A DNA stretch of 64,000 nt from the human T2T-CHM13v2.0 reference genome, Homo sapiens (GCF_009914755.1 NC_060926.1); one strand, 5' to 3'; shown: positions 39,389 through 54,862, numbered from the stretch's first letter. Numbers and translations: made by a program. Notes: generated by a model from the sequence alone, not told the origin.

Positions 39389-40750
39389 ACCAAATTTAGA
39401 AAATTTCATTTCTTCCACAATTTAATCTATGGTTGACCTAAATTTTATTGTTCGTGTCTTTGATTGCAAGTACATTAAAAATGATAATTATATAGGCAAT
39501 TAAAGCCTGAAATTAACCAAAAAAAAGAAAGGTACACATTAATGATAGGTCTTTAGATTATACCAAGTCTTCCTGCATTTCCAGTCCTGATTGTTTTCAG
39601 ATTGTAACCAATTGTCAGAGAGGTAGAGGATCAGACAAACTTCTAATGCAGGTGTCAGAGGAAACAAAGACCAATCCCAAAGTGAGAACAAAGCTTCACT
39701 ACACAGGAAAAGTAAGTCAAGGCACACACACGTGCCTCAGTTTATAAGAGTTGGATGATCCTATCTTGTTGGTTTGCCTTTGTGAATTCTTTGCATATCG
39801 AAGAATTCCCATGGTTTGCACAATGAGAGGATGTGTGGTCAAGTAATAGATTTATCAGCAAACCCACCCCACTAAACAAGAAGGTTTCAAACTTAGTCAG
39901 TGTTGTTGATTTATTTACTGTGGGGCTGCTTCACTAAAAGGTAAGCTACCGGCAGTCAGGGACTTGGTCTGGTTGGTTCCCTGCTGTGTTCTCTGGGTCT
40001 GAACAGAGCCTGGTTCAATAAACATTTGTGAATGATGAGCCCCAGGGTTTGCCTGAAAAGAGGACTTCCTGCTGAAGATGGATGACTCACAAAGTAATTA
40101 GGACAAAAAATTATTTCAAGTTCTTGTTCTACATCCCAAGGATGATGAAAACCCCGCCCCGCAAAGCATGGCTGAAATAGAATATCCTAACAGCCTTAGT
40201 GAGCCTTACTGAGTGGGGGCCTGAACCAAATTTATTTAAGAATATAAAGATGTGTGTTACAGTTACCCATAGCTGCAGAACAGACCACTCCAAATGTAGT
40301 GGGGTGATGATGTTTTAAAAGGTTCACCTACAGGGAAGGAAGGGTGGAAGCAAGAGGAACAGCTCAGAGGCTTTTATTGCAATACTCCAGGCCAGAGGTG
40401 GGGTGGCTTGGATCAGGGTGGTGGTGGTGAAAATGGGATAAACAGTTGGAACTCAGACATGTTTGGATATCTTTTGAGGGTGTAGCCAATGGGATTTGCT
40501 GGTGCATGAGATGTGGAATACGAGAAAAAGAAGACTCAGAGATGATTCAAACTCTTTAGCCTGAGCAATTAGAAAGATGAAGTTGCCATTTATTAAAATC
40601 GGGAAAGCCATCAAGGGGAATAAACTGAGGTGGGGGAACATTAGAGTCTGGCTTTGGACATGTTAAACTTAAGAGGTCGTGTTGATCAATTTTTGCATTG
40701 CTATAAAGAAATACCTGAGGCTGGATAATGTATAAAGAAAAGAGGTCTAA

Positions 40751-41582
<832 letters not shown>

Positions 41583-42499
41583 TAAATGCCTCCAGGCCCC
41601 CTCCAACATTGGAGATCACATTTCAAAGTGATATTTGAGGGCGCAAATATCCAAGCCATATCAGATGTTAACTACACGTCTGAATGAAAGCGTTGAGTAG
41701 GCAGTTGGATAGGGGACTGGAGTTAAAGGAAGAGGAACAGTTTAGAATTACAGATTAGGGAGCTGTCAGCACAGAGGATGCCTCAAGCCATGAGGCTGAA
41801 TGACATCTCTAGGCAGTGAATGTGGATAGAGAGGAGAGGGGACTCAGCTGTTCCAAAATGAAGAGGTTGGGGATTTGAACGGAACCATTGAGGTGACCGA
41901 GGAAGTGCTCTACTGAGGCAGGAGGGAACTGGGAGCAGCCTGGCGTCTGGAGGATGAGGGCAGAAAGTGCACCAGGAAGGAGGAAGTGATTACTAGGTCA
42001 AAAACTGCTGGCAGATTAGGGAAGATGGCTAAGGGATGGATTGTTGGTTTTAGCAATATGAGGGTCCCTGGTGACCTCAAGAGAGCAGCTCCACAGAGAG
42101 GATGGGGGTAAAAGCCTAAATGGAGAGGGTTCCAGAAAGAAGGGGAAACCTTGAATGAAGACAATTATTTGAGGAAATATGTTACAAACAGAAGTGGCAA
42201 AATGGGTTAGTTGCTGGAGGAGAATGTGGGTCAAAGGAGTTTTTATGAATACGGAGGACACGATAGCGTGTTTTTGTGCAGATGGGAGTAATCTCATAGA
42301 CAGAGAAAAGTGGATGATGCAGCACGCAAAGGGGAGAGAATCCCCGAGTGTCGTTGAGTAGCCTGAGTGGGGACAAGGCCCAGAGCAGAAGTGGAGGCAC
42401 TGGCCTGGAAGAGTGCAAGCCCCCTGGAGGCAGAGGGTGGGGACCACCCTAGCACTGAGCCCAGCACCTGATGCACCAAAATATTGTCTGAACAAATAC

Positions 42500-42740
42500 A
42501 ATACAGCAATCATAATGATAGCCGCTGTTATGGAGCACTCACTGAACATTAGGTGCTGTCGTAGGCACTCTGCTGGGGTGAACTTGTCCAGCTCGCACAA
42601 GGCCCTATGTGGCGGGAATGACAGGTATTCTCTTTCCACAGATGGGGTGCTGAGGTGGCCCAGTTTCTTGCCAAATGCAGAGAGCTAGGAAGAGGCAGAT
42701 CAGTATTCAAAGCCAGGCACCCGGAACATTTCTAAGTTAG
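42500..42740 (-). mobile_element. MIR SINE
   Basis: ataatgatagc...gagcactcact...acagatggggtgctgagg. Confidence 0.6.
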
Positions 42741-43564
42741 GCTATTTGCCTTGGAGTTCCAAAATGTGGTCGGAAAGTCCTCTGTTAAAGAGTGTAAATA
42801 CAATTCCCATAGAATAAATATCTTAAAATAAATATGAAGGACCACTCTCATCCCCCCTGACTGGAGTGAAAACCACTCAGCTTGAGACAGGGTGCCAGGG
42901 TGTCGGTAACCCCCTGGGGACCCCCTCCTCCCTCAGCCTGTGCTCCTCCTGCTGTTTCGTTCCCCAGAGCCTGAAGCCTCTCCAAGGTGTTTGTCTATGA
43001 CTTGTCATTAGTAATATTATTAATGCCTTGGACTCATCGGTTTCCTAAGATGATTGATTTGGAGAAAGCTGCTATTGTGAATGATTCAGAACACTTAGTG
43101 ACTGAGCACGTTTGCTGATGAAAGGTGTGGCCCCATTTACTGTGTGCCGTGCTGATGACTGCACTCTGTTCACTGGGTTCATTGGCTGAATGACTGAGAT
43201 GGGCCCTGTTATCAGCCTCACTTTACAGACAAGAAAACCGAGTGTCAGGAGGTTAAGTTACTAGTTCAAGACTGTACACCACTAAGTGAATTGAACTCGG
43301 TTCTTGCTGACTCCAAATCCCATTCTCGGTCTTGTCTCTTGTTGTGACAGGGATGGCGCCCCCACTCTGATCACACTACTGAGAGCCACCAGGTGTTCTC
43401 TGGAGCCCCATGAATGTCTTGACAAATGACCTGAGTGTGTGTAGTAAAAGCTAACTCCTGCCACTGCATATTCTAGATACTGTGCCATTGTTTCCTTGAG
43501 AGAAACGAATTGAACTCATCCAGTATCTAGAGTTTTCAAACTCTCCTTAGAGGAAAAAGCACAT

Positions 43565-43606
43565 TGCCCTCCCAGTCCCTAGTCTGCCCTCCCAGTCCCT
43601 AGTCTG
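43565..43606 (+). repeat. Perfect 20-bp tandem duplication
   Basis: (tgccctcccagtccctagtc)x2. Confidence 0.95.
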
Positions 43607-44165
43607 GTGAGTAACCAATGCACTCACATCTATGAGGAAGCGACCCGGTCCTGCCCCTCCCACCAATGTGCTGCCGGAGCCCTCCACAACAAACAGGTCT
43701 GGAGAGCCACTGAGTGAGGAGGCCACAACAGAGCCCTGATGAACCATCTAGGAGCACATTGCTGAAGGCCCTACCATCCCTTTTACGTATTTTATCTTAT
43801 GCACACACAGATTTACTCTTCAATTACAATGTCAATGTTGTGATTTATTCATGCTGCAATTTCAGGCCCCAGGACAAGCATTAGGTGAGTTGTCTTTGGG
43901 TAGGAGTCTCTCTTCAGACTGCTCAAAATACTCTAGATTTATGTCTCTACTATTCAGAATGAGCTTGACTTCAACCTTTCTACATCACCAGTTGTAGACA
44001 GGAACATGTTTACAGTTGCACAGTGAGACAGCCCGAGGGGTTGAAGAATTTCTGCAAACCTGCAAGGCAGGGTGGCTCATACCAGATTCCAGGGTCATAA
44101 GCAGGCAAAGGGAGAAATCAGATATCTGGATCAGGCTACCATTCCAGAGTGTACCAAAAAAGATG

Positions 44166-44166
<1 letters not shown>

Positions 44167-44198
<32 letters not shown>

Positions 44199-44270
44199 TG
44201 GTGTGTGTATGTTGTGTGTGTGTATATGGATGTTGTGTGCGTCTGGGTGTTGTGTGGATGGGCATGTGCA
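44167..44270 (+). repeat. (TG)n degenerate microsatellite
   Basis: Direct read. Confidence 0.92.
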
Positions 44271-45939
44271 CACATATATGTCTGCTTGTCGGGGGAGAGA
44301 GTTAAAGCAGATATGTAAACCTGGCTCAATGTGAAGCAGACAGGCAGTCCAGAGAGGTAGAACATAATACATGTCCAGCCAGGTGGTCCTGGAAGCCCGG
44401 GAACAGATGGGGGTAAACAGCTGAGCTCCAGAGGACTGGCTACACCTGTCCAGGTGAGGGCCATGATGGCCAGGCTCATGGGACGACTGAAAAGTGGACA
44501 GTAATTTGGAGATCAACATCATAGGAGTAACTCCAAATTGAGTATTGCTGGAGGGAAACTGAAGACCCGGGGAGGGAGACATGAAGTCAAGCTTTCTCTG
44601 TCTCTTTCCCAGTGAGGATTAGAGTAAAATACAATTACATGCAATATCGTCTATCTTATCTGATCCTCTTTGGATCTGAGCTGTAATTTTCCCCCTGAAA
44701 CCTTCTATGCATTATGGGTTTGGCATTTCCATTTATCTTCCAGTAACTATTTACATTTGCATCTGTTCATCTCTAAATAGTTTCTCTTTCTTTTTCCCTG
44801 ACATCTTAAGCTTTTTGTCTCTCAAATGACAACCGCACACACAAAAGAAATGCCTGACTCTGCACTCACATTTGGCTTTATTATGAATTCTGCTCCGTAG
44901 ACAAATTTATGAATCCCAGGGTTCTCCCTCGAACTCATCTCATTAGGATTAGAGGCAGAAATGTTCGTATCTTTCGCATAAATAATGCATGCCACAATGG
45001 CTAGCTGCTGCTTGATGGAGCCCATTTCTTCTCCTATTTCATTTACAACAAAGGATCACAGTGATTACCTTACCTGGAGACCCACTCGGGAGCCCTGGAG
45101 CCTCAGGAATAAGGGGGAGAAGACTGAAGGAGACTAGCCCGGGCAACACCAAATCCAACTGGAAGCCACGGAGGCAAAGGCTTCGGTCTCGTGGGCACCG
45201 GTCCCACCTAGGGATGAACTCAGCTGTGAGCCAGACCTGGGTCACCAATGCCAAGACACTGAGGCTCTCTATATGGTGACCTTCTTATGACCTTGGCCGT
45301 GTCCTGGGGGAGGATTTGTGAGTTTCTCCATGTAGGTGACTAAATCACAAAAGAGACAAGGCACCTTGAAGGCCTACTGGGGCTTTGATTACTTGAGGGA
45401 AAGACCACCCCTTGCAGGCCTTGGGCAAAACCTTTAGCTTCTGAAACACACAGCAGGGGCAGTTGTCCCATCAGAGCAGCCCAGTGGTGCAGCGCAAAGA
45501 AAGGCTTGATTTTGAATACTGGCTCTGCCACTATGAGCAAGTCATGTAGCCCTTCAGAGTCTTTGCCTCCTCATCTGTCAACTGGGCTAACGGCACTCAG
45601 CTGAGAGTCTGGTACTGGGGTAAACGAGCCGCTGCGCCGTGACTGCACCGTGAGGGCACTGGGGTGATGGCTGGCACGTGGTTTCCTGCTTCCTCTGAGG
45701 CCAGTGCCAGGTCTCAAGGGATGGCTGTCAGGCACAGATTGAATATAAGGGGGAGGAAGAAAGTTCAGTTCCCCTTTGAGATTTATCTCACCTCTTTTTT
45801 CAGCTGTTTTGCTCTTGTGACTACTCTTGGGGTCCGCTGAACTGGAACCTAAAAGCCAGGAGCTGAGAAAAGCCTGGGGGCGAGGCTTTAAAATCGCATT
45901 GCCAACTCTGCACTGATGGATAAAAGTAGGTGACTCAGA

Positions 45940-46001
45940 GGTCCATGGAGATCATGGGCGAGCAGCCGAGGGTCCATGGAGATCATAGGGAAGCAGCCAA
46001 G
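45940..46001 (+). repeat. 31-bp tandem duplication
   Basis: ggtccatggagatcatgggcgagcagccgag / ggtccatggagatcatagggaagcagccaag. Confidence 0.9.
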
Positions 46002-46024
46002 GCTGCATCCATCCCTCGGGTTCC

Positions 46025-46310
46025 CTTTCTTTTTTTTTTCCTTTTTGTTGTTTTTAGGGGTACATGTGCAGGTTTGTTATATGGGTAAATTTCGTGTAGC
46101 AGGAGCTTGGTGTACAGATTATTTCATTACCCAGGTGATAAGCGTAGTACCCAACAGGCAGTTGATCAGTCCTCACCCTCCGCCCACCCTCCACCCTCCA
46201 GTAGGCCCCGGTGTCTGTTGTTCTCTTCTCTGTGTTCACATGTACTCAGTACTTAGCTTGCACTTATAAGTGAGAACATGTGGCATTTGCTTTTCTGTTC
46301 CTGTGTTAGA
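46025..46310 (-). mobile_element. L1PA16-like LINE-1 3' end
   Basis: ggggtacatgtgcaggtttgtta...cacttataagtgagaacatg. Confidence 0.88.
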
Positions 46311-46335
46311 TTTCAGCTTCCATTGCTCACAGTGT

Positions 46336-46377
46336 CCCGCCCACCCCCCACCCCCCAAGCCCCCCCTCCCCATCCCC
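46336..46377 (-). other. Potential G-quadruplex (C-runs on +)
   Basis: Seven C-runs of 3-7 nt with 1-3 nt loops. Confidence 0.55.
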
Positions 46378-46984
46378 ACTTGTCTTCCCCTCCAGGAGGC
46401 ACCATCACCGGCCCTGTTTCTGTGGATGCCCCAGGGCTGGATGGGGACACCCAGGCCCTCCCCTTTCCTGTGCCTGTTATTCCGGTTCTCAGCCTCGCTC
46501 AGCCTTCCTTGTAGCAAGCCACTAGCTCTTCTCCTTGCTTCCATACTTGCCTCCAATCAACCCAACCCCCTTGCTCGGCCTAGTCAGTAAATATCTGAGA
46601 AAAATATTTCCGAGCAGCCATGGATTGAAAGGCAAAGAAAACATTGAAAGGCTCACATTCTGCAGCTGTGGGAGACCACATTGAACATTCCACCCATTCT
46701 CTCTCAGATAGATGCAAGGCCCATAACTTATTCTGGTCTAGTTATTCAATTTGTGGTTCTACCAGAGTAATTCCATTTCCCATGCTCTCAGAAATATTTT
46801 AGAACAAGAACAAAAATAACCTTATGTATGTGCACACATACACGCCACCCACAAGACAAACTGGATGTGTATAGAAGATTGCTCGACTTGGCTCTGGAAC
46901 ACTTTTAGATGGTATCACTTTATTACACAGTGATGGGGGTCCCACATGTGTTTCTAGGTAGCATCTGGTTTACTAATAAGAGTT

Positions 46985-47945
46985 TGAGCTGTTTAGGGAA
47001 AGAATCGGGACATGAAGGAGTTGGAGATATTTATGTCTAGAAAGAAAAGACTTGTTCATGTGCACCCTGGGTGTGCAGGGTGCAATGGGAACTGGAGGTG
47101 TGGTGAATAAAGACCATGACTCTTTGAAAAAAACTGGAAGAGCTGCCATGTGGCAGGCACACAGACTGACTTTACCATAGAGACAGGTTGTGAGTGATGG
47201 GAAGGCAGATTTTTGTTAAATATAGAGAACAATGTTCTAATAACTATTGCTATTAAGAAACAGAATGGATTACTTTACGAGGCATGGAGTCTTCTGTTCC
47301 TAAAAGTGTTTAAGCTGAGACTAGAATTCTGCTTTGGTTATCTGTTGCTGTCCAAAAAAATTAACCCTAAACTTACTGACTTAAACAAAGCCTTTTTAAT
47401 TTATTTTCTCATGATTCTGCAATCTGGGCAGGGCTCGGCAGGGGCAGTTCATATGGCATCATCTGGGTGGCTTGAGTGGGGCTGAGGGATCCACTTCAAA
47501 GATGGCCTCACTCATAGCTGGCAGGTTAGTGCTGATTGCATCTAGAAATTCAGCTGGGGCTGTGGGCTGGAGGCCTCAGTTTTCCTCCATGTGGCCTCTG
47601 CACATAGTTAGGCTGGCTTCTCAGAGCATCATGGTCACAGGTAGTTCTTATGCTGTGTCTACCTTCATCCAGACAGAAGAGAAGTTGCTAGGCCTGATTG
47701 ACGTTTAAGCCCAGAACTGGCGTAGCTTCACTTCTGCAACATTCTGTTGGTTGAAGCAGGGTCACTGGGCCAGAGCAAATTCAAAGTGAGAGAACCACAT
47801 AAAACGTGAATACATCATTGGAGTCCACCAAAGTTATGCTTTATCACAATGCCCAACTAGCTTTATAATACAGAACATTCATTTTCTGGGTAGAAGGTTG
47901 AAATGAGTGATCATTGATGCTTCTTGGAACTCTAAAACTCTCTGG
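46985..47945 (+). mobile_element. L3/CR1 3' fragment split by an MLT1 LTR
   Basis: ggaaggcagattt...gtgtttaagctgagactag | gaaggttgaaatgag...aactctaaaactct. Confidence 0.5.
47330..47848 (-). mobile_element. MLT1G/H-like LTR
   Basis: ctcatgattctgcaatctgggcagggctc...gatccacttcaaagatggc. Confidence 0.7.
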
Positions 47946-48539
47946 TTAAATTTCTTTTCAACCTCCAGTGCCTAGTACAATCACAGGCACATCATGATCA
48001 TTAAAACAGTACTTATTGATTGATTGATTTCACACATTTTATATTTTCAAGCTGAGACAGGGCCTCAGTCAATATCTCACAGGAACATAGCTCTCTGCAA
48101 AATAGAATGCCATTTCAAGCCAACAAATGATTACTCTTCATGCTGTAGATACAAACTTGGTCCAAAGTAATTCGTTTTGCAAATGCTGTTTTTAGACACA
48201 CACGCACAAATCACTCTGGTTTATAAAATCCATGGCACAATGTAAGGAAGGATGGGAAGGTATATGCTGTTACATTACATGTATACTTTGCTACCTGAAT
48301 TGGTTTTTTTTAAAGGTAAAATTTCTGTTTATTATCAATGTAAAACACACTCACTATGGCAAATGTATATGAAAATGAGCACACAAAAAAGAAAAAGAAT
48401 CACTTATAATGACTTATAGGTAACTACTCCAAACTTTTTATGCATATTTTAATATAGATTAACCTAATAGGTTTATATTATTATTTCATTTAACTTCACC
48501 GTAACTTATTTTCTATGATACTAAAAAATTCTATATTGA

Positions 48540-48879
<340 letters not shown>

Positions 48880-49041
48880 ACAAATGCTTTTTAATTATTG
48901 CAAAATATATATAATTCTGCCATATGGAGATACCATAATTTACTTATTGTGCTTATCTTAGGTTTAAAATTGTTTAAAAATTGTTAACACTAAATATCAT
49001 CATATTATACATTTTTCTGCATAAAGACTTATTTAGAAATA

Positions 49042-50010
49042 TGAAGGGGTGGGTTGCCCCTCCACACCTGTGGGTGTTTCTCGTTAGGTGGAATGAGAGA
49101 CTTGGAAAAGAAAAAGACGCAGAGACAAAGTATAGAGAAAGAAATAAGGGGGCCCAGGGGACCAGCATTCAGCATATGGAGGATCCCACCGGCCTCTGAG
49201 TTCCCTTAGTATTTATTGATCATTCTTGGGTGTTTCTCGGAGAGGGGGATGTGGCAGGGTCATAGGATAATAGTGGAGAGAAGGTCAGCAAATAAACACA
49301 TGAACAAAGGTCTCTGCATCATGAACAAGGTAAAGAATTAAGTGCTGTGCTTTAGATATGCATACACATAAATATCTCAATGCCTTAAAGAGCAGTATTG
49401 CTGCTCGCATGTTCCACCTCCAGCCCTAAGGAGGTTTTTCCCTATCTCAGCAGATGGAACATACAGTTGGGATTTATACCGAGACATTCCATTGCCCAGG
49501 GACGGGCAGGAGACAGATGCCTTCCTCTTGTCTCAACTGCAAAGAGGCATTCCTTCCTCTTATACGAATCCTCCTCAGTACAGACCCTTTACAGGTGTGG
49601 GGCTGGGGGACGGTCAGGTCTTTCCCTTCCCACGAGGCCATATTTCAGACTATCACATGGGGAGAAACCTTGGACAATACCTGGCTTTCCTAGGCAAAAG
49701 TCCCTGCGGCCTTCCGCAGTGTTTGTGTCCCTGGGTACTTGAGATTAGGGAGTGGTGATGACTCTTAACAAGCATGCTGCCTTCAAGCATTTGTTTAACA
49801 AAGCACACCCTGCACAGCCCTTAATCCATTTAACCCTGAGTTGACACAGCACATGTTTTCAGGGAGCATAGGGTTGGGGGTAAGGTTATAGATTAACAGC
49901 ATCTCAAGGCAGAATAATTTCTCTTAGTACAGAGCAAAATGGAGTCTCTTATGTCTACTTCTTTCTACACAGACACAGTAACAATCTGATCTCTCTTTCT
50001 TTTCCCCGCA
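49042..50010 (-). mobile_element. HERV-K(HML-2) solo LTR, LTR5B
   Basis: 969 bp, TG...CA termini, 6-bp TSD GAAATA; tgaaggggtgggttgcccctccacacc end matches LTR5B. Confidence 0.93.
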
Positions 50011-50180
50011 GAAATATATTTTAAAATACACTTCAAAGAGATGTATTAACATTACATATTTTATTCCGTAAACATTTATTGAACACCTACTATGTCTAGA
50101 CACATTGATAGGCTAATAAAAAACACCTATATATTGATTGTTCACTTACTATGCATCAGGTACTATATTAAAGGATCTAC

Positions 50181-50592
50181 AATTAGTTTGCTAAGGCTTT
50201 TGTAACAAATTCCACAAACATGGTGGTGAGACAGACATTGTCTCACAGCTCTGGAGGCTGGAAGTAGGGCTGTGCTCCTTCTGAGGACTCTAAGAAAATA
50301 CGCTTCCTGGCCTCTTTCCAGCTTCTGGTAGTTGCCAGCAATTCTTGACATTCTTTCACTTGGTCCTAAGTAATAGCTACTTATGATAGGGTCATTCCAC
50401 TCTGTGTCTCTGTTACCATATAGCCATCTTCCCTCTGTGTGCCTCTGTGTCCTAATTTCCCTCTTCTTACCCTAATCCAATGTGACCTCATCTTAACTTG
50501 ATTACAGCTGCAAATATCTTATTTCCGAATAAGGTCACCTTCACAGATTTCAGGTGCACATGCATTTTTGGAGGACAGTATTCATTCTAGGC
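50181..50592 (-). mobile_element. MLT1-type LTR inside a MIR
   Basis: attagtttgctaaggct...tgacctcatcttaact...aataaggtcac. Confidence 0.7.
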
Positions 50593-51402
50593 AGCATTCC
50601 ATGAATAATATTTTCTGATCCTCACAATTACTCTCTTGGGGTAAGTATGTTGATCATCCTGGGGCTTAGAGAAGCCAATTATCTTTTCTAGGGTCATACA
50701 ACCAGGAAACTGTGGGGCAGGTGTTCAAAGCCAGAAGCTCCAGCTCCAAGGTCCCACTTGCAAACACCAGCTCTACTGCTAGAGGGGCTGTTTGTATCAG
50801 AGGCCAACAGGTTAGAAAAACCAACAAAAGTGATTTGCTTGCCCAGTCAAGGGGATCATGAATCCCCAGCCCTGTGGGTTACAATGAGCTCACTTTTCGT
50901 TTTTCTCTGTCATGAAAGTGGAAACCTTGGAAAAGCTGAAGAATGAAGAGGGGAGGATTGAACAGGGACCCTTGGAACTGTAGGTAGTAAGGCCAGGGAA
51001 GCCCTGCCAGGTGTTCAGAACTAGCTGCAGCCACAGTAGGAAGCCAGCCATGGGACACTGAGGTGTTCTGGGGCTGGAAGGGCTGTGGGATGGTTCCAAG
51101 CTGTGCCAATGCTAGAGGCAGCAGAAGTGGAGCTTACAGCCAATGAGGTGCTCCTTTCCTAATGAATATTTGCGTCTCTCCTCCCATCCCATGAGAACAC
51201 GTGGACTGCCTTAAAAATAGCATCAGTCAAGCCCCTCTTAGCTTAATTTCCACGTTCACAACCTGAATGTGCAGTTCTAAACTTGGAACTGACAAAAGGC
51301 GGCCGAAAGATTGCTTTTCAGAAAATAATGAGCTTAATGGGCCCTTTGACAAATGGTAGAGATTTTCATTTTCTACTGTCCCTTTGTTTGAACTATTTTC
51401 TG

Positions 51403-51851
<449 letters not shown>

Positions 51852-52039
51852 TTTTTTTTTTTTTTTTTTTTTTAGGTGACATGTACATCTTTGTTTCCAA
51901 CAACTGGATGTGGGTTGAAAGGAAAGCCTCTGTGAAATGAGTTTCCTGTGAAAATGAGACCTCGACCGTGCAAAGTGAAATCGTAGTAGGGAGGCTTCTG
52001 CTTTAAAGACTCAAATTGTGGAAAGGTGGTCCTCCCACT

Positions 52040-52210
52040 GCGCTGTTCTCAGAAAGGCGGGCAGTCGCCTGGAGGAGTGGAGAGAAGGGAGGTCGCCATC
52101 TTAAAGGGGATAGGGCTGAGTTGTCCTGGGCTCCTTCTGCCGTCCCTTGCGGTGGCGCCACAAGACCTTTGGAAGCTGGCTTCCTTGCCATCTGCTGTTT
52201 CTCACCTTAG
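52040..52210. promoter_or_regulatory. Candidate promoter/insulator with YY1 and CTCF-like motifs
   Basis: CGCCATCTT 52094-52102; CCTTGCGGTGGCGCCA 52145-52160; TGCCATCTGCTG 52186-52197; locally CpG-enriched. Confidence 0.4.
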
Positions 52211-53329
52211 ATACTCGTTTGTGCCGTGTCTATCTTGTCTGGTTCCACTTTCAGCAAGAAAAAGAAAACTCCCTTTCAGTAGAACACTATAGGCTTTTCG
52301 GTTAAAATAGCGAAGGGAGCATATGCCTCTAACATGCCTCCCCCATCCCAATGTCAAATCCAGAAAGTAACCCAAAAGAGAAGAACATACGTGAGCGCTG
52401 GAGACCCGGGAGGGTGCATTTCAACAGCACGCCAGGAACTTCAAGGGAGTTTTGCAAAATGTTTCATGTAAGGGAAATTAGAGGGAGAGAAAGGAATGGG
52501 GACATGTTGAGGTGTGTGTGTCCCCCTCTACCTGGGGAGGCAATCGCAACCTCCATCTGTACCTTGTGGTCCATGCTACAGAGATAAGAGGCAAGGTCAC
52601 GTTCTCTGCTCAGGGCTTCATGGCTGTGCCGAGGAAGGCTGGGTCACCGGACACTTCTCCAGCCGTTGTGGGGCCCCTGGTTAGCAGCCAGGGGTAGCGG
52701 CGCCCACAGCCTTACGGTGCCCCTGCCTGTCCTTGGAGATGTTGTGATGTGGGCCCCCGATGACATGCCAGGGAGGAGGAGCCACTCTCCCTCCCAGTAA
52801 GGGTCCTGGATCCGGCAGCAGGAGCAGGGGGTCCACGGAGGCCCTCATCCCAGCGTCTCCAGGTACAGGCAGGGGCGCGCTGACACTGTGGGCTCTGCCA
52901 CCACCGGCTGCTAACCAGAGGCTCCACGGCCGCTAGAGAAGTGGCCAGTGACCCAGCCTGCCTCAGTACAGCTATGAAGTCTTTTGCAGAGAATGCAACT
53001 TCTGACCTGCCAAAGTGAAAAGCATGGTAAATCTGGGTTGAGACACTTTCAGCAGGATCCTACACAATCTCGCCCCGTCTCTTACAGAAGCCACCTTCAC
53101 CGCCGGTGCTCCCTGGATACAGATCAGAACCCCTCTGCATGCTAAGCAAGCTAAGAAAAGCAACAGGACATCTGAAAAGCCCCGTGATGATGGCTCTGGG
53201 AGAAACTGGGCTAGGAACTCAGAGCAAATACCATCCGTATCATAACTCCCTAATTCCTGGGCGTGACATAGGCTTATTCCGGGAAGCAGGAAGAGAGCTT
53301 TGGAGTGCTCTCAATCTGTTTTCAATGGA

Positions 53330-53640
53330 TACTGTATCTGTGAGTAGAGAATGACACGAGAGCAGAAAAAAAGGGTCTTCTGTTAAAAAGTACAACTAGT
53401 GAATTAAAAGAAGAAAAGTCAGCGGAGGCAGAGAAGGTTAGATGAGATGCCCTGAAATTCTCAGAGGAAAAGTCTGCCGAGATTAATGAAGAAAGCAAAA
53501 CTGAAGAGATAAACAAGTGACAGGCATGTAGAGATAATAAGTGACAAGAAGAACAAATTTAGGAGATTCAGTATATCCATTATCAGAATGTAAACGGCAG
53601 CAAAGCTCAGAGCAGGCGTAGAAGGGTTTTCCGGTAATAG
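53330..53640 (+). mobile_element. Ancient L1/HAL1 ORF1 remnant
   Basis: A-rich; translates EIISDKKNKFRRFSISIIRM, similar to L1 ORF1 motif DLEDRSRRSNIRIIG. Confidence 0.5.
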
Positions 53641-53775
53641 ATGACATTTTATTCTCTCATACTTTAAAAATCTGTTCCATAAATGCAGTTCTGAATCACC
53701 TTGCATGTGTAAAGCTCCATATTTGGACTTTCTCTCCTGTTTTCTTAATTAGCCTTGCTAAAGAGTGACTACATT

Positions 53776-53952
53776 CAGAGTTTCCTAAGGATATCCATTT
53801 TTAAGTATCACCTGGAGTGTTGGCTAAGAATACGGATTTCAGGGCCTCTCCCCAAATGTTCTGGATTTTAATTTGGGGTGGTAGGAAGACCTGGAACTTT
53901 AATTTTACCAAGCATCTGAGGTTGTCTTATGATACTCTCAGTTTGGGAAACT
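53776..53952. mobile_element. MER5-like hAT relic
   Basis: atcacctggag...aattttaccaagcatc...agtttgggaaac. Confidence 0.5.
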
Positions 53953-54376
53953 TGCATATCATCATTGCCTTTTTGAATAATTAATTTGGATGTATTTAAC
54001 AATTTTATTTAATTTTTGTAATTAATAATTTCTGATTTTGTCATCGTTATTTTTTCCTTCGGGATTTTGCTATTTTTTCTTTTTCCTCCTTTTTTAAATC
54101 TGAAGAGAAATCCTTGGCTTATTGATATTTTTCTCTCTTTTTTGCCACATAATAAAAGCTTTTAAAATAGAATTTTCATCTGGGGATAGCTTTGTTCAAA
54201 TTCTACGGTTTTGTATAAGCAAAATTTCCATGGATATTGTTTTCTAAATAGGTTGTAACTACAAGATAATTCCTTTCATTAATCAAAGCATCACTTAAAA
54301 ATTTTTTCACCTGGTTTTTGTTTTACTTCTAAAATTTTGTTTAAAATGCCGGTGCCGGTAAAGGCCTTAAGTGCTA

Positions 54377-54730
<354 letters not shown>

Positions 54731-54862
54731 GAAAAACCTTGGTCAACCTTGACATCTAAACAAAACTATAAAGTTATTAGTATGGATGTATAAATTTGGA
54801 GATAAAATAGATTGCTAAATAGAGAAAAACGGAATCAAATTTTAGAATACATCAATGTAGAA

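Noticed and set aside
43985-44582. ORFs with HT/CV runs
   Set aside because: Products of the (TG)n repeat
47061-47084. 9-bp stem hairpin TGCACCCTG-N6-CAGGGTGCA
   Set aside because: Short enough to arise by chance in 64 kb; no supporting context
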